DNA from: Macrostomum lignano
Taxonomy: Eukaryota
Direction of reading: 5' to 3'
Assembly (NCBI GenBank): GCA_002269645.1
Contig: NIVC01000571.1
Coordinates: 186,001-250,000 of the forward strand
DNA length: 64,000 nucleotides
The notes beneath the pieces are model-generated. The model was not told the DNA's origin. It saw nothing but the letters and a program-made list of their open reading frames with translations, and ran no database searches. Both the position numbers and the translations under genes were made by a program. Of the stretch, positions 24,415-35,676 are shown one piece after another; the stretch's first letter is position 1, and every line of letters begins with the position of its first letter.

Positions 24415-25446
24415 ATGACCGCAACAGCAGCAGAAGCCGGCCTGGAGCCCATGGACCCGACGCTGAGCAGCCTGGTGCACCAGAGCCAGAATATGAAGTG
24501 GATCTTTGTCGGAGGCAAAGGCGGCGTAGGCAAGACGTCCACCTCGTGCTCGTTGGCGGTGCAGCTGTCCCGCGTGCGGCCCTCCGTGCTGCTGCTGTCC
24601 ACCGACCCCGCCCACAACATCTCTGACGCCTTCGACCAGAAGTTCTCCAAGACGCCCACCCTGGTGAAGGGCTTCAGCAACCTGTACGCCATGGAGGTCG
24701 ACCCCTCCGTCGGGCTGTCCGGCCTGCCCGACGAGCTGGTGAATGACGACTCTGGCGCGCTGCGCAGCCTCGTGTCGGAGCTGATGTCCGCGCTGCCCGG
24801 CATCGACGAGTTCATGTCCTACTCGGAGGTGCTGCGCCTCGTCGAGGACATGGACTTTAGCGTTATCGTGTTCGACACCGCACCCACCGGGCACACGCTC
24901 CGCCTGCTGTCCTTCCCGTCCACCATGGAGGCCTCCATGGGCAAGCTGGTCCGCTTCAAGAACCAGCTGGCGCCCCTGGTCGGCCAGCTGGGCTCCGTGC
25001 TCGGCCTCGGCAACATGCGGGCCGAGGAGCTCGGCCGCCAGCTGGAGGACCGCCTGCCGCTGGTGCGCCGCGTCAACGAGGAGTTTCGCAACCCGCAGCG
25101 GACCACCTTCGTGTGCGTCTGCATCGCCGAGTTCCTGTCGCTGTACGAGACGGAGCGGCTGGTACAGGAGCTCACCAAGCTCGGCATCGACGCGCAGAAC
25201 CTTGTGGTCAACCAGCTGCTGTTCCCCAGCCCCAGCAGGCCGCCCTGCGCCCTCTGCTCCTCCAGGCACAAAATCCAGCAGAAGTACGTGGCCCAGATGG
25301 AGGACCTGTACGAGGACTTCCACATCGTGAAGATGCCGCTGCTGGAGCGCGAGATCCGCGGGCTGGCCATGCTGGAGTACTTCTCCCAGTTCCTGCTGGC
25401 GCCCTACAGCCCCGAGACCGCGCCGCCGCTGCCCAAGCAGCTCTGA
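24415..25446 (+). CDS. GET3: GET3/TRC40/ASNA1 ATPase (tail-anchored protein targeting), single coding exon, 343 aa
   Basis: [16 protein letters not shown]-loop, [44 protein letters not shown] and the CxxC motif PCALC. Confidence 0.98.
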   Translation: MTATAAEAGLEPMDPTLSSLVHQSQNMKWIFVGGKGGVGKTSTSCSLAVQLSRVRPSVLLLSTDPAHNISDAFDQKFSKTPTLVKGFSNLYAMEVDPSVGLSGLPDELVNDDSGALRSLVSELMSALPGIDEFMSYSEVLRLVEDMDFSVIVFDTAPTGHTLRLLSFPSTMEASMGKLVRFKNQLAPLVGQLGSVLGLGNMRAEELGRQLEDRLPLVRRVNEEFRNPQRTTFVCVCIAEFLSLYETERLVQELTKLGIDAQNLVVNQLLFPSPSRPPCALCSSRHKIQQKYVAQMEDLYEDFHIVKMPLLEREIRGLAMLEYFSQFLLAPYSPETAPPLPKQL

Positions 25447-25707
25447 GTGCTGAATTGCTGCCCGAGTTCACTGCTAGATGGCCTTTCATGGCCTCTGTTT
25501 TGGTAGTCTTCATTGTTTTCTTTAGTCTTGTTGTTTGTCTTCTTCCTACTCCTGTGGGATGCTCTGTCCCCTCCTCTACCTGTCCTCGAGCCCCGCTCTC
25601 CTCCATTGCACACCCGGCCGGAGCAGCTGGTGCGCGCCATCATTCAGTCCGGGCTGGCGTCTCGCGTAGCTGAAACGGCATTTCATTTCTGATCTGGTCT
25701 TCGCTTC

Positions 25708-26205
25708 AGCCTGTGACTTCCCCGCCACTGCATCCCCAGGTGGTTACTCAGGCCTGTGACTTCCCCGCCACAGTGCATCCCCAGGTGTTTACTCAGGCCT
25801 ATGACTTCCCCGCCCCAGTGCATCCCCAGGTGTTTACTCAGGCCTGTGACTTCCCCGCCCCAGTGCATCCCCAGGTGGTTACTCAGGCCTGCGACTTCCC
25901 CGCCCCAGTGCATCCCCAGGTGTTTACTCAGGCCTGCGACTTCCCCGCCCCAGTGCATCCCCAGGTGGTTACTCAGGCCTGTGACTTCCCCGCTTCCAGT
26001 GCATCCCCAGGGTTACTCAGGCCTGCGACTTCCCCGCCCCAGTGCATCCCCAGGTGTTTACTCAGGCCTGCGACTTCCCCGCCCCAGTGCATCCCCAGGT
26101 GGTTACTCGGGATTGCGACTTCCCCGCCCCAGTGCATCCCCAGGTGTTTACTCAGGCCTGTGACTTCCCCGCCTCAGTGCATCCCCAGGTGGTTACTCAG
26201 GTCTG
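25708..26205. repeat. 45-bp minisatellite, ~11 copies, downstream of GET3
   Basis: Unit GTGACTTCCCCGCCCCAGTGCATCCCCAGGTGGTTACTCAGGCCT. It gives the 15-aa periodic pseudo-ORFs in the track. Confidence 0.95.
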
Positions 26206-28891
26206 TGCGGCGCCAGCCAGCATTGAATCCAGACTGCATCATTCAGTATATTTGGTTTGTTGTATAACCGCTGCTTGCTTTGCACTGCTTGCATATTCCT
26301 GTTAGCTGCTACATCGATCAACTTGTCGGCGATGCAATCCACCTGTTCTTTACCTGGTGTTACTGCCGCGTTTTTGCTCTGTTTCATCTGGATCCAACTG
26401 CTAGTGAGAAGATCTTGTTTTTTGATATGCGAATTAAATTTTAACCAACACTAATTCCAATTTAAAATGAAAATCCCCACCGGTTTATTGTTTCGCCTCG
26501 TTTTGCCCCTCCATGTCGGTGGCTGTCCTGTTTGAGCTGCCGCAGTTTTCGTTTGTTTTTGTTCATCATTTGCGTGGTTTTTTGGGGCTTTTACTCTTAT
26601 TTACTAGCTGTGTCGGATCTTACTGTTAACCTAATCATCTATAACTGATGCGCTAACGATGGCAAGCAATATATAATTATCGGTCCATCTGTGCTTTGAG
26701 TTCATTTATTTTGCAAGCCAGCAAAGCGTTTTGGTTTCAGTTGGTAATGCTAGATTTCACTCTGAAAAGTTTCACTTTGGAGCTGGGCTGACGCCGTCAG
26801 CAGCCGCGCTCCCATCAGGCGCAAGTTGTGTTGCTGCCTGATGCTGGCCTCCGCTGCCTCTTCTTTTCTTGTATTTTCTTTGCTACCTGGTGGCTGCCGG
26901 CCTTCCAGTGTTGCCAGTGTTTCTTCCAGTCAGAACGTGTTCCGCTGTCAGCCAGCCTCACTGCCGCTGCCTCTGACGTGCGGCCGCGTGGGCGGCTAGC
27001 GTTTGATGGAGCGCCGAGTGCGACGAGGTTGAAAATTAGCGATTGCCAACGGCTGCCTCGAACCTTGCTGTCATCTTCACCAGCTTCCTGGCCGGTCCGT
27101 CAGCGCTTCGCGTTAATTAATCGTTCAGATGACCTCAAGAGTCAAGAAGTCTCCAATGCGGAGGTGACGTCTCTTCAGTGAAGTTCAAGTAGATCAAGTT
27201 TTTGTAAACACGCGATTGCCAACGGCGCGTTTTCTGTGCCTCTGGTTTGTTTGCACTTGTGGAGTCTTCGGCTTTGCGAACTTCTGTCTGGCCCGACTTG
27301 CGCAATAAAAATAATATCGAACTTTCTTTTACTTGCATGTATTTTTACGGACGCAAGACAGTCGCGCGCCCCAGGGTCTGCGCGCGGCGAGACAGCCAGC
27401 CTCCCCATAGTGATGCATTGACCAGGTGGGGTGCAGCATCGACTTCTGCGCCTTTTCTGCCTCTGCCAGACATTGCAGACCGCTGCCTTAATGACGACAG
27501 CATGCCTTGGCAAGGCCAAGGTTCCTATTTCTACTCCCTTCGTACTTGTGTTTGCCAATATCTGACTCTGGCTTCGCCGCTATTGAAAGCTTTCAACAAC
27601 AGGTGCCACTGCGAGCTTCTGTCGGTTGGTTTAACAATGCCAAACTCCTTGTCTTCTTGAGGTTTCAAAGCTGCTGTCAAACATTTCCGCCTTGTTCCAT
27701 TTCGGAATTTTTTCGCATCAATCGGGAATGCCGGCACTCACGAGCGAAAACTGAAATATTACTACAGAATTACTTCAATACATAATGCTTTGCAACTGCC
27801 GGTAACATTTGCGTTAAATTAATGCTTCATCAACGTTCTGATTCCTCTAAGAGCAGCCGGTTTGACCCAGGTTGGCGTCGCTTGCATTTGATTGCCCTGT
27901 ATCAGTTTAATTTGGGTGACGCTCGAATTTAATGCTTGCTCGGCCCGCCTGCCTGACACACCGTCCATAGATTTTATCAATTCTTCAAAGCGACCTCGGG
28001 CAGTAAACCGTTCCATCCTCGGTCTATCGGCATTCAGCTTATTTAGATTCGCGTCTTGGTTCTCTCTACTACCGAACAGCGTCACTTCGGAAGCAGTGTT
28101 GTTACACTTTTCTATATTTTTATAATCCCTTTAAATGCTAAGCCTCGATGTGGCAGAAGCGGTTTTCATTGCTTCCGTTACCTACAGCTGTGACATTTTC
28201 ATTCGGCTGCCGCTGTCGAAGCGCCCGGGTGAAAACAATCTGTGCCGCTGCAGTGTTGATTGTTGTATGGAATTATTTAGCACGCGACAGCTTGGAAATC
28301 GCGGCGTCGCCCTTCCACCCGTCCTCAGCTGCCCAGTCTTGCCGAAGCCTTTAGGGTGTCATTTATACACCCCAAGGTAGCGCAGCCTGCGCATCGACTA
28401 CCTGTCTGTCAGCCAGACTGCAAGTGGATCGAAGGTTCCGATTGCTTTTCTTATTGCTGTTTTATTTTCAGCAGCTGGAGAAAGCAGCGCAACAGCTTCT
28501 TGTGCAATTCCTTGCCTGCCTGCTACCTTCGGGATGTAGGGGAGAAAGAGAGACAGAGAAGGTTCGCTGCTGCCCTCACTTTTGCTACCAGAATCTTGTG
28601 TCTCTATCCTCGTTCCGGAAAGGTATGCCACAGCTGCATGCACGGTTTTCAAGAAGCTTCATGCAGTTATTAGTTCGCAGAAGTACTGCGTTTGTGGAGG
28701 CTTGTGATTTTTGGACTATTTTTTGGATTGATTGGAAGGAAGGCCTAAGAAGGATTAAGAAAGTCGACTACTACGAGTACATTCTTTAAACTCAGTGAGG
28801 GGGCCCTTGACTCACCGCTCCGGCAGGTGAATTTCTGCGTGCGTTCATCTGTGAGATTAATCTCCAACCCGCCTCCCGCAGCGCAGTCCAC

Positions 28892-31800
28892 ATGGGTTCG
28901 CTGCTGTCAACCTCTAGTTCGCCCCGCGCCCAGACCGAGCAGAGCTGGGCCACCTTTCCGCCTAAGACTGGCGTACTGTTTACCGGGCATTTCTACCTTG
29001 GCGGCGACAAATTCGAATCAGTTGCCCGCGAGTCCTTCATCTTCGGCGAGCCGGCCGACCTGCAGTTCGTCAACAGCCAGCCGCTGCCCTACCAGCTGCC
29101 AGTTGGCCGACCCGCCGGGCACAGCCGGCCGCTGCAGGCGGTCGTCAGTCTGCGCAAAGAGACGGCGCGGTTCGTCAAGGCCGATTCCGGCGCGGAGCCG
29201 CTGCCACATCAGTCCTTTCACGTGGAGCTGGTGCTGGACTGTCTGGTGGACTGCGAGGTCTCCGTCTGGCTGTTTGTCCGCCAGTCCTTCAACGGCCAGC
29301 GGCTGGTTCTGGAGGCGCAGCATCCTTTGTACCCGGGGCCCGAGCGGCAACGCTTCTCCCGAGGCCTCGGCTGGGTGAGCGGCTCTGTGATAGAGCTTGG
29401 GGATCACAGAGCTTGGGGACACTGCTTAATGTACTTTAGGTTAAAGGGGTGGGGTGTGAAGAGTTTGGAGGAAGATGGAGTCTTGGAGAGGAAATTGAGA
29501 CTACAAAAGGGAGATGGAGTCTGGGAGATGCAGTTCGGTAGTGATAAGTCGAACCCCCGCCCGCACCCGTAGGTGTTTTCCTGCACCGAGCTCACCCTGC
29601 GGCCTACCGTATTCGACGACGCGTCGGACAGCTGCCAGGACGCCTTCCCTCTCGCGGTGCTGTGCGAGTCGCTGGAGTCCGGCCCCGCCAACCAGCAGCT
29701 GCTGCTGTGCTCGGCCGAGCGGCTGGCTGCCGACTCCGCCTACTCGCTGAAGGTGCTCAGGCAAATCACGGTACGTACTGGCTTGCTTAGACTGCAATTT
29801 TAGGCTGGCCTTATTTTTACCTCCGCATCCGGTGACGCCCTCCAGGTGACCCCTGTCCACATCATCATCCAGCCATGCTATCCAGGTGACCCCTGTCCAC
29901 ATCATCATCCAGCCATGCTATCCAGGTGTCTCCTGTCTATCTGATCATCCCGCCATGCTATCCAGGTGTCCCCTGTCCACATCATCATCCAGCCATGCTA
30001 TCCAGGTGACACCTGTCCACATCATCATCCAGCCATGCTATCCAGGTGACCCCTGTCCACATCATCATCCAGCCATGCTATCCAGGTGACCCCTGTCCAC
30101 ATCATCATCCAGCCATGCTATCCAGGTGACCCCTGTCCACATCATCATCCAGCCATGCTATCCAGGTGACCCCTGTCCACATCATCATCCAGCCATGCTA
30201 TCCAGGTGACCCCTGTCCACATCATCATCCAGCCATGCTATCCAGGTGACCCCTGTCCACATCATCATCCAGCCATGCTATCCAGGTGACCCCTGTCTAC
30301 ATCATCATCCAGCTATGCTATCCAGGTGACCCCTGTCCACATCATCATCCCGCCATGCTATCCAGGTGACCCCTGTCCACATCATCATCCAGCCATGTTA
30401 TCCAGGTGTCTCCTGTCTATCTGATCATCCCGCCATGCTATCCAGGTGTCCCCTGTCCACATCATCATCCAGCCATGCTATCCAGGTGTCTCCTGTCCAC
30501 ATCATCATCCAGCCATGCTATCCAGGTGACCCCTGTCTACATCATCATCCAGCTATGCTATCCAGGTGACCCCTGTCCACATCATCATCCCGCCATGCTA
30601 TCCAGGTGACCCCTGTCCACATCATCATCCAGCCATGCTATCCAGGTGTCTCCTGTCTATCTGATCATCCAGCCATGCTATCCAGGTGTCCCCTGTCCAC
30701 ATCATCATCCAGCCATGCTATCCAGGTGACCCCTGTCCACATCATCATCCAGCCATGCTATCCAGGTGACCCCTGTCCACATCATCATCCAGCCATGCTA
30801 TCCAGGTGACCCCTGTCCACATCATCATCCAGCCATGTTATCCAGGTGTCTCCTGTCTATCTGATCATCCCGCCATGCTATCCAGGTGTCCCCTGTCCAC
30901 ATCATCATCCAGCCATGCTATCCAGGTGTCTCCTGTCTATCTGATCATCCCGCCATGCTATCCAGGTGACCCCTGTCCACATCATCATCCAGCCATGCTA
31001 TCCAGGTGACCCCTGTCCACATCATCATCCAGCCATGCTATCCAGGTGACCCCTGTCCACATCATCATCCAGCCATGTTATCCAGGTGTCTCCTGTCTAT
31101 CTGATCATCCCGCCATGCTATCCAGGTGTCCCCTGTCCACATCATCATCCAGCCATGCTATCCAGGTGTCTCCTGTCTATCTGATCATCCAGCCATGCTA
31201 TCCAGGTGTCTCCTGTCTATCTGATCATCCCGCCATGCTATCCAGGTGACCCCTGTCCACATCATCATCCAGCCATGCTATCCAGGTGTCCCCTGTCCAC
31301 ATCATCATCCAGCCATGCTATCCAGGTGTCTCCTGTCTATCTGATCATCCAGCCATGCTATCCAGGTGTCTCCTGTCCACATCATCATCCAGCCATGCTA
31401 TCCAGGTGTCTCCTGTCCACATCATCATCCAGCCATGCTATCCAGGTGTCCCCTGTCCACATCATCATCCAGCCATGCTATCCAGGTGTCTCCTGTCTAT
31501 CTGATCATCCAGCCATGCTATCCAGGTGTCTCCTGTCTATCTGATCATCCAGCCATGCTATCCAGGTGTCCCCTGTCTATCTGATCATCCAGCCATGCTA
31601 TCCAGGTGTCTCCTGTCCACCTGATCATCCAGCCATACTATCGAGGTGTCCCCTGTCCACCATATTATCCAGCCACGCTATCCAGGTGCCCCCTGTCCAC
31701 CATATTCTCCAGCCATGCTATCCAGGTGTCCCCTGTCCACCATATTATCCCGCCATGCTATCCAGGTGTCCCCTGTCTACCTGATCATCCGGCCATGCTA

Positions 31801-33532
31801 TCCAGGTGTCCCCTGTCTACTTAGCTTATCTGTTTTATGCAAAAATGCCAAGCACTTTCTAGGCCAGCCTCATTCCAGCGAGTATTGCCCAGATTGGATC
31901 GTGAAGTTTTGAAACTCCATAATTTCTCTGTGCATGGAAAGCTTGCCCTGGGGCCAACGCACTTTGGCCACCAATTTGCATGCAAATTACCGTCTGCCTG
32001 CCCCGAGAACGCCTTGAAATACTGGGCGGCCCAATTGTCATTTTGTGCATCAAGTTTTTCGGACATGTGAAGTAGACTGGGGGCTTTAGTTAATACCCAG
32101 ATACCGTCTGTACCCCACTCGGCAGGTAATCGACGGCCTGCCGCTTGTCGTTCACGACATTTACGGCATCTCCGACCGCGAGGGTGGCGGCAGCGGCTCG
32201 CAGGCCGCCGCTCCGGCCGCTGCCGACTCACTGATGGATCCGGGCGATGCGGACTGCGTTGTGTGTATGGTGAAGGCCAGGGACACCGTCATCCTGCCCT
32301 GCCGCCACCTCTGCCTGTGCGACAGCTGTGCCGACTCGCTGAGGTGAGAGTTCGGGTAGACTGTGCAGAGTGGAGTAGGTTAGGGTAAGCTGTGTGCAGT
32401 GTGGAGTAGGTTAGGGTAGACTGTGTGCAGAGTGGAGTAGGTTAGGGTAGGCTGTGTGCAGAGTGGAGTAGGTTTGGGTAGGCTGTGTGCAGTGTGGCGT
32501 AGGTTAGGGTAGGCTGTGCAGAGTGGAGTAGGTTTGGGTAGGCTGTGTGCAGTGTGGAGTAGGTTTGGGTAGGCTGTGTGCAGTGTGGAGTAGGTTTGGG
32601 TAGACTGTGTGCAGTGTGGAGTAGGTTTGGGTAGGCTGTGTGCAGTGTGGCGTAGGTTTGGGTAGGCTGTGTGCAGTGTGGAGTAGGTTTGGGTAGGCTG
32701 TGTGCAGAGTGGAGTAGTTTAGGGTAGGCTGTGTGCAGAGTGGAGTAGGTTAGGGTAGACTGTGCAGTGTGCAGTAGGTTTGGGTATGCATGCAGAGTGG
32801 AGTAGACTGGGTGCACTGTTCCCAGGGGGAGTCCGCAAGCGAAGGTCTCTGCCCCCCCCCAGGTACCAGGCCAGCTGCTGCCCGATCTGCCGAGCGCCGT
32901 TCCGCGCGCTGCTGCAGCTGACGGTGCAGGCCGGCGGCGGCGCCGACCAGGCCGCGGTGCCCATACTGGAATTCGTGACCGCCCAGCGCCAGCCGGAGTC
33001 CTCGGCCTCGGTTTCCGCCGGGGCGTCGTCGTCGACCTCCGGTGCGCAGGCGGCGTCGGCGCGGCGGCCTGCGACCGCCCAGCAGGCCTGGGCCTCGCCA
33101 GACAAGCAGGCCGCCCAACCGCCGCAGCTGCCGGCCGCTCGGCGGGACAGCGGCAGCAGCAACAGCAGCGGCGAGGTCGACGACCGGCACTGCTGGGCGG
33201 ACTCCGAGTCGGATGAGCCGTCCGCCGCAGCCGCCGACGCGGCAACCGCGGGCCCCGGAGACTCGGCGGTCATCGCCTTCCCCATGGCCGAACTGGACCG
33301 TAGCGCCGCCGCCGCCGCCACCACCGCCGGGCTGCTGCTGGTTGACGGCGACGCGGATCGGGGCTCGAGCTCGTGTTGCTCGTCGACGGAAAGCGCCAAC
33401 AGCCAGCGGCAGCTGCTGGCAGCCGCGGCAGCCCCGGGCGAGCCGGCGGCCGACTCCGGCAGCGCAGGCTCCGCCATCATCATCGCCGGCCGCGGGGGCG
33501 ATGATGAGTCGGACGAGTCGGACTTCAGCTGA
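28892..33532 (+). CDS. MGRN1: Mahogunin/RNF157-family RING E3 ubiquitin ligase, 4 exons, 522 aa
   Basis: Exons 28892-29374, 29573-29770, 32126-32343 and 32863-33532, all GT-AG and phase-consistent (1569 nt). Features: N-myristoylation-type MGSLLS start, FTGHFYLGGDKFE..FIFGEPADLQF, DIYGI, and RING CVVC..VILPCRHLCLCDSCADSLR/YQASCCPICRAPFRALL. MGRN1 versus RNF157 orthology cannot be separated. Confidence 0.95.
29841..31820. repeat. 40-bp minisatellite, ~49 copies, MGRN1 intron 2
   Basis: Unit TCCAGGTGACCCCTGTCCACATCATCATCCAGCCATGCTA, with interspersed variant units that diverge toward the right end. Confidence 0.97.
32356..32812. repeat. ~31-bp G-rich minisatellite, MGRN1 intron 3
   Basis: Unit AGAGTGGAGTAGGTTAGGGTAGGCTGTGTGC (period 31 at 32401/32432). 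Confidence 0.93.
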
Positions 33533-34101
33533 GCTGCTGGAGTCCTGAGAGCGCTGCCTCAGTGGCTCGGATTGGACCATGAGTTCTCTTGAAGACGGCC
33601 AGACTGCCTTCAATCAACTGGCGCTAATTTATAAGGCCATTCCTCTGCTTCACCTGTGCTAATTCTTTGCTTATTGCAGAGCCTTCACAGTGTGCTAATC
33701 TTTCATTCTCAATAGATGCTAGTCATAGAATATGCTAAGGTCACTGTATCCACTGTCAAGGCTGGACAAACTCAAATTCTGTCGGGTGTTAATATTTTAT
33801 CGCTGTACAAAATTGCTGGTTTAATTGCGCATGCCGCGGTTTTGTAATCAAATCATGCTTTTCTATTAATGACCTCTAAGCTGTTTTGATTATTACTAAA
33901 ATTCTGCTAATCCCAGAAAATAAATTGTGTAAAATAAATATTATTTTTAGTAGAAGATTCAGACCAGTTTTATCAATGCACTGTGCACATGAAAAAAATT
34001 AGCGTTGCATGTCACCTCTCTTGTCAATTTAATTGTTCCGATGGACGATTGCGTCCTAGCCATGAGTATCAAAGTATCGAAGACCTGCGCTAGGTGTCAT
34101 A

Positions 34102-35374
34102 CGGGGGGTGTTCAATATATGCAGTGAGCACACTCGGTTGATATGTGATGAATAACATCAGGACACGGTCCTGTTGTTAGCTTGCACAAAAAAACATAGA
34201 GGCTTTACTGCATACCCAGACATCAATTTCGTTTCAAAGCCACCAACTGGCTTGCCGAATTTCTTCGAGGACGAGCGTCGCTTGAAGACCGAAAGTCGAG
34301 CTGGAAGGTCATCAAGCTCGAAACTGATGCAAACGTGGCTGAAGCGCAGACAGGGGCGTTGCCATGGATTTTATGGTGAGGTGGGACCAAGCCAACAATT
34401 CATGTACATGTACATTACTAAATTCCTACCTGTGCATTATTTTTATAGAATCGGTCAAGGACTTCTAGTCTTCTAGACTTCTAGTCTTGGAATCGGTGTT
34501 GTCAGCACTAAATTTAGCGCCCCGGGCACTCATTTTGGCGCTGCAGGCCCTCATTTTAGCGCCGCAGGCGCTATGTTTTGTCACCCTGCAGCAAAATTAT
34601 TGATTTCCATAATGGGGTCACAAGGTGGGGTGGGGGGACAAAAGTAGATGTCCCCCAGATCTTTTACTGGGGGGGGGGCATGGCCTCCATGTCTCCGCCA
34701 TTGTTGGCGACTGCATGATCACTAAAGATCCACGATCAACAGTGCAACAGTTGCCACTGCAGGTCGTAGAGGTCCATGCAGTAGCAGTACTCCGCTGGTG
34801 GTGTACAGTAAGCAGTATTTGTCAACTGGTATAGTGCATGCTTGCAGATGTACGTATGTGATGGTTATGCTCCTCGGGTGATGCCAAAGCTGCTGCTGAG
34901 AGATGCCCAGAGACGCGACATCGAGGAGATCCTACTCTACCAGCAGGACAATGCCCCGGCCCACACAGCTCCTCTCGATCGATCAGCTTGCTTCAGCATC
35001 CGATCCACCTTACAGCCTTAACCTGGCCCGTGTGATTTCTTTTAATTGTCTTTCCGCGGGCCAAACGTCTGCTCAAGGGAGTTCGATTTGAGTCGCCAGA
35101 ACAAGGACCACTAGAGGTTACTGTAACTTCTATTTACTTCTAGTAGTCCTTGCGCCAGAACTGGCTGCTGGGGCCGCATTCTCCGTAGCATCCTGTTTGA
35201 CATCTCGCCTCAGTCAGAGTGGGGTAGCGGCTTTTCTATGTGGTTTGAGAGGATGAGGAAGCGCATCAATGCAGCTGGGTATTACTTAGAAAGTGCTAAC
35301 ATTTATTTTTTCATTTAACATTTATTTAACTGTTTCTGTGTTCCCGGAAATACATGTGTATTGAACACTCGTCG
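34102..35374 (+). mobile_element. Decayed mariner (Tc1/mariner) transposon, ~1.27 kb
   Basis: Degenerate TIRs CGGGGGGTGTTCAATA (34102, preceded by TA) / TATTGAACACTCGTCG (ending 35374). Transposase relics in order: FLRGRASLED..SRAGR (HTH linker), YQQDNAPAHTA, PPYSLNLA/CDFF and KRINAAGYYLES. Frameshifted throughout. Confidence 0.85.
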
Positions 35375-35676
35375 ACAGTATGCAAACTGTCGTTTAAAAG
35401 AAGGCCCAAATTTTTTATTCATTTTCGTGTTTTATTTTCAAACTTACTGACTACACAGTTAAGTCAAAATACAATTCGTAGAGAAGTGATACTCAGTCTT
35501 ATTAAATGAGTTTGTTAAATCGAGTTGACACAACCGTACTAATTCAGACGATAATTTTCCATAAAGTGTTTACAAATCGCCCGATATTATACATTTAATT
35601 CCTCGACTCTGACGGTCATCTAGTTCGAAAGATTGTTATATTTGCGTAAAGCAGACTTATTTTAGTTCTGTTGATC

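Noticed and set aside
24370-25673. Long overlapping antisense and alternate-frame ORFs over GET3 (likewise over the NTase, MGRN1, kinase and LINE)
   Set aside because: Expected by-product of GC-rich codon usage, which depletes stop codons in other frames.
27819-28085. 88-aa minus-strand ORF with plausible composition
   Set aside because: No ATG start, no recognisable domain and no clear splice partners.
25683-31912. Numerous periodic ORFs over the 45-bp and 40-bp arrays
   Set aside because: Repeat-derived, with no unique coding sequence.
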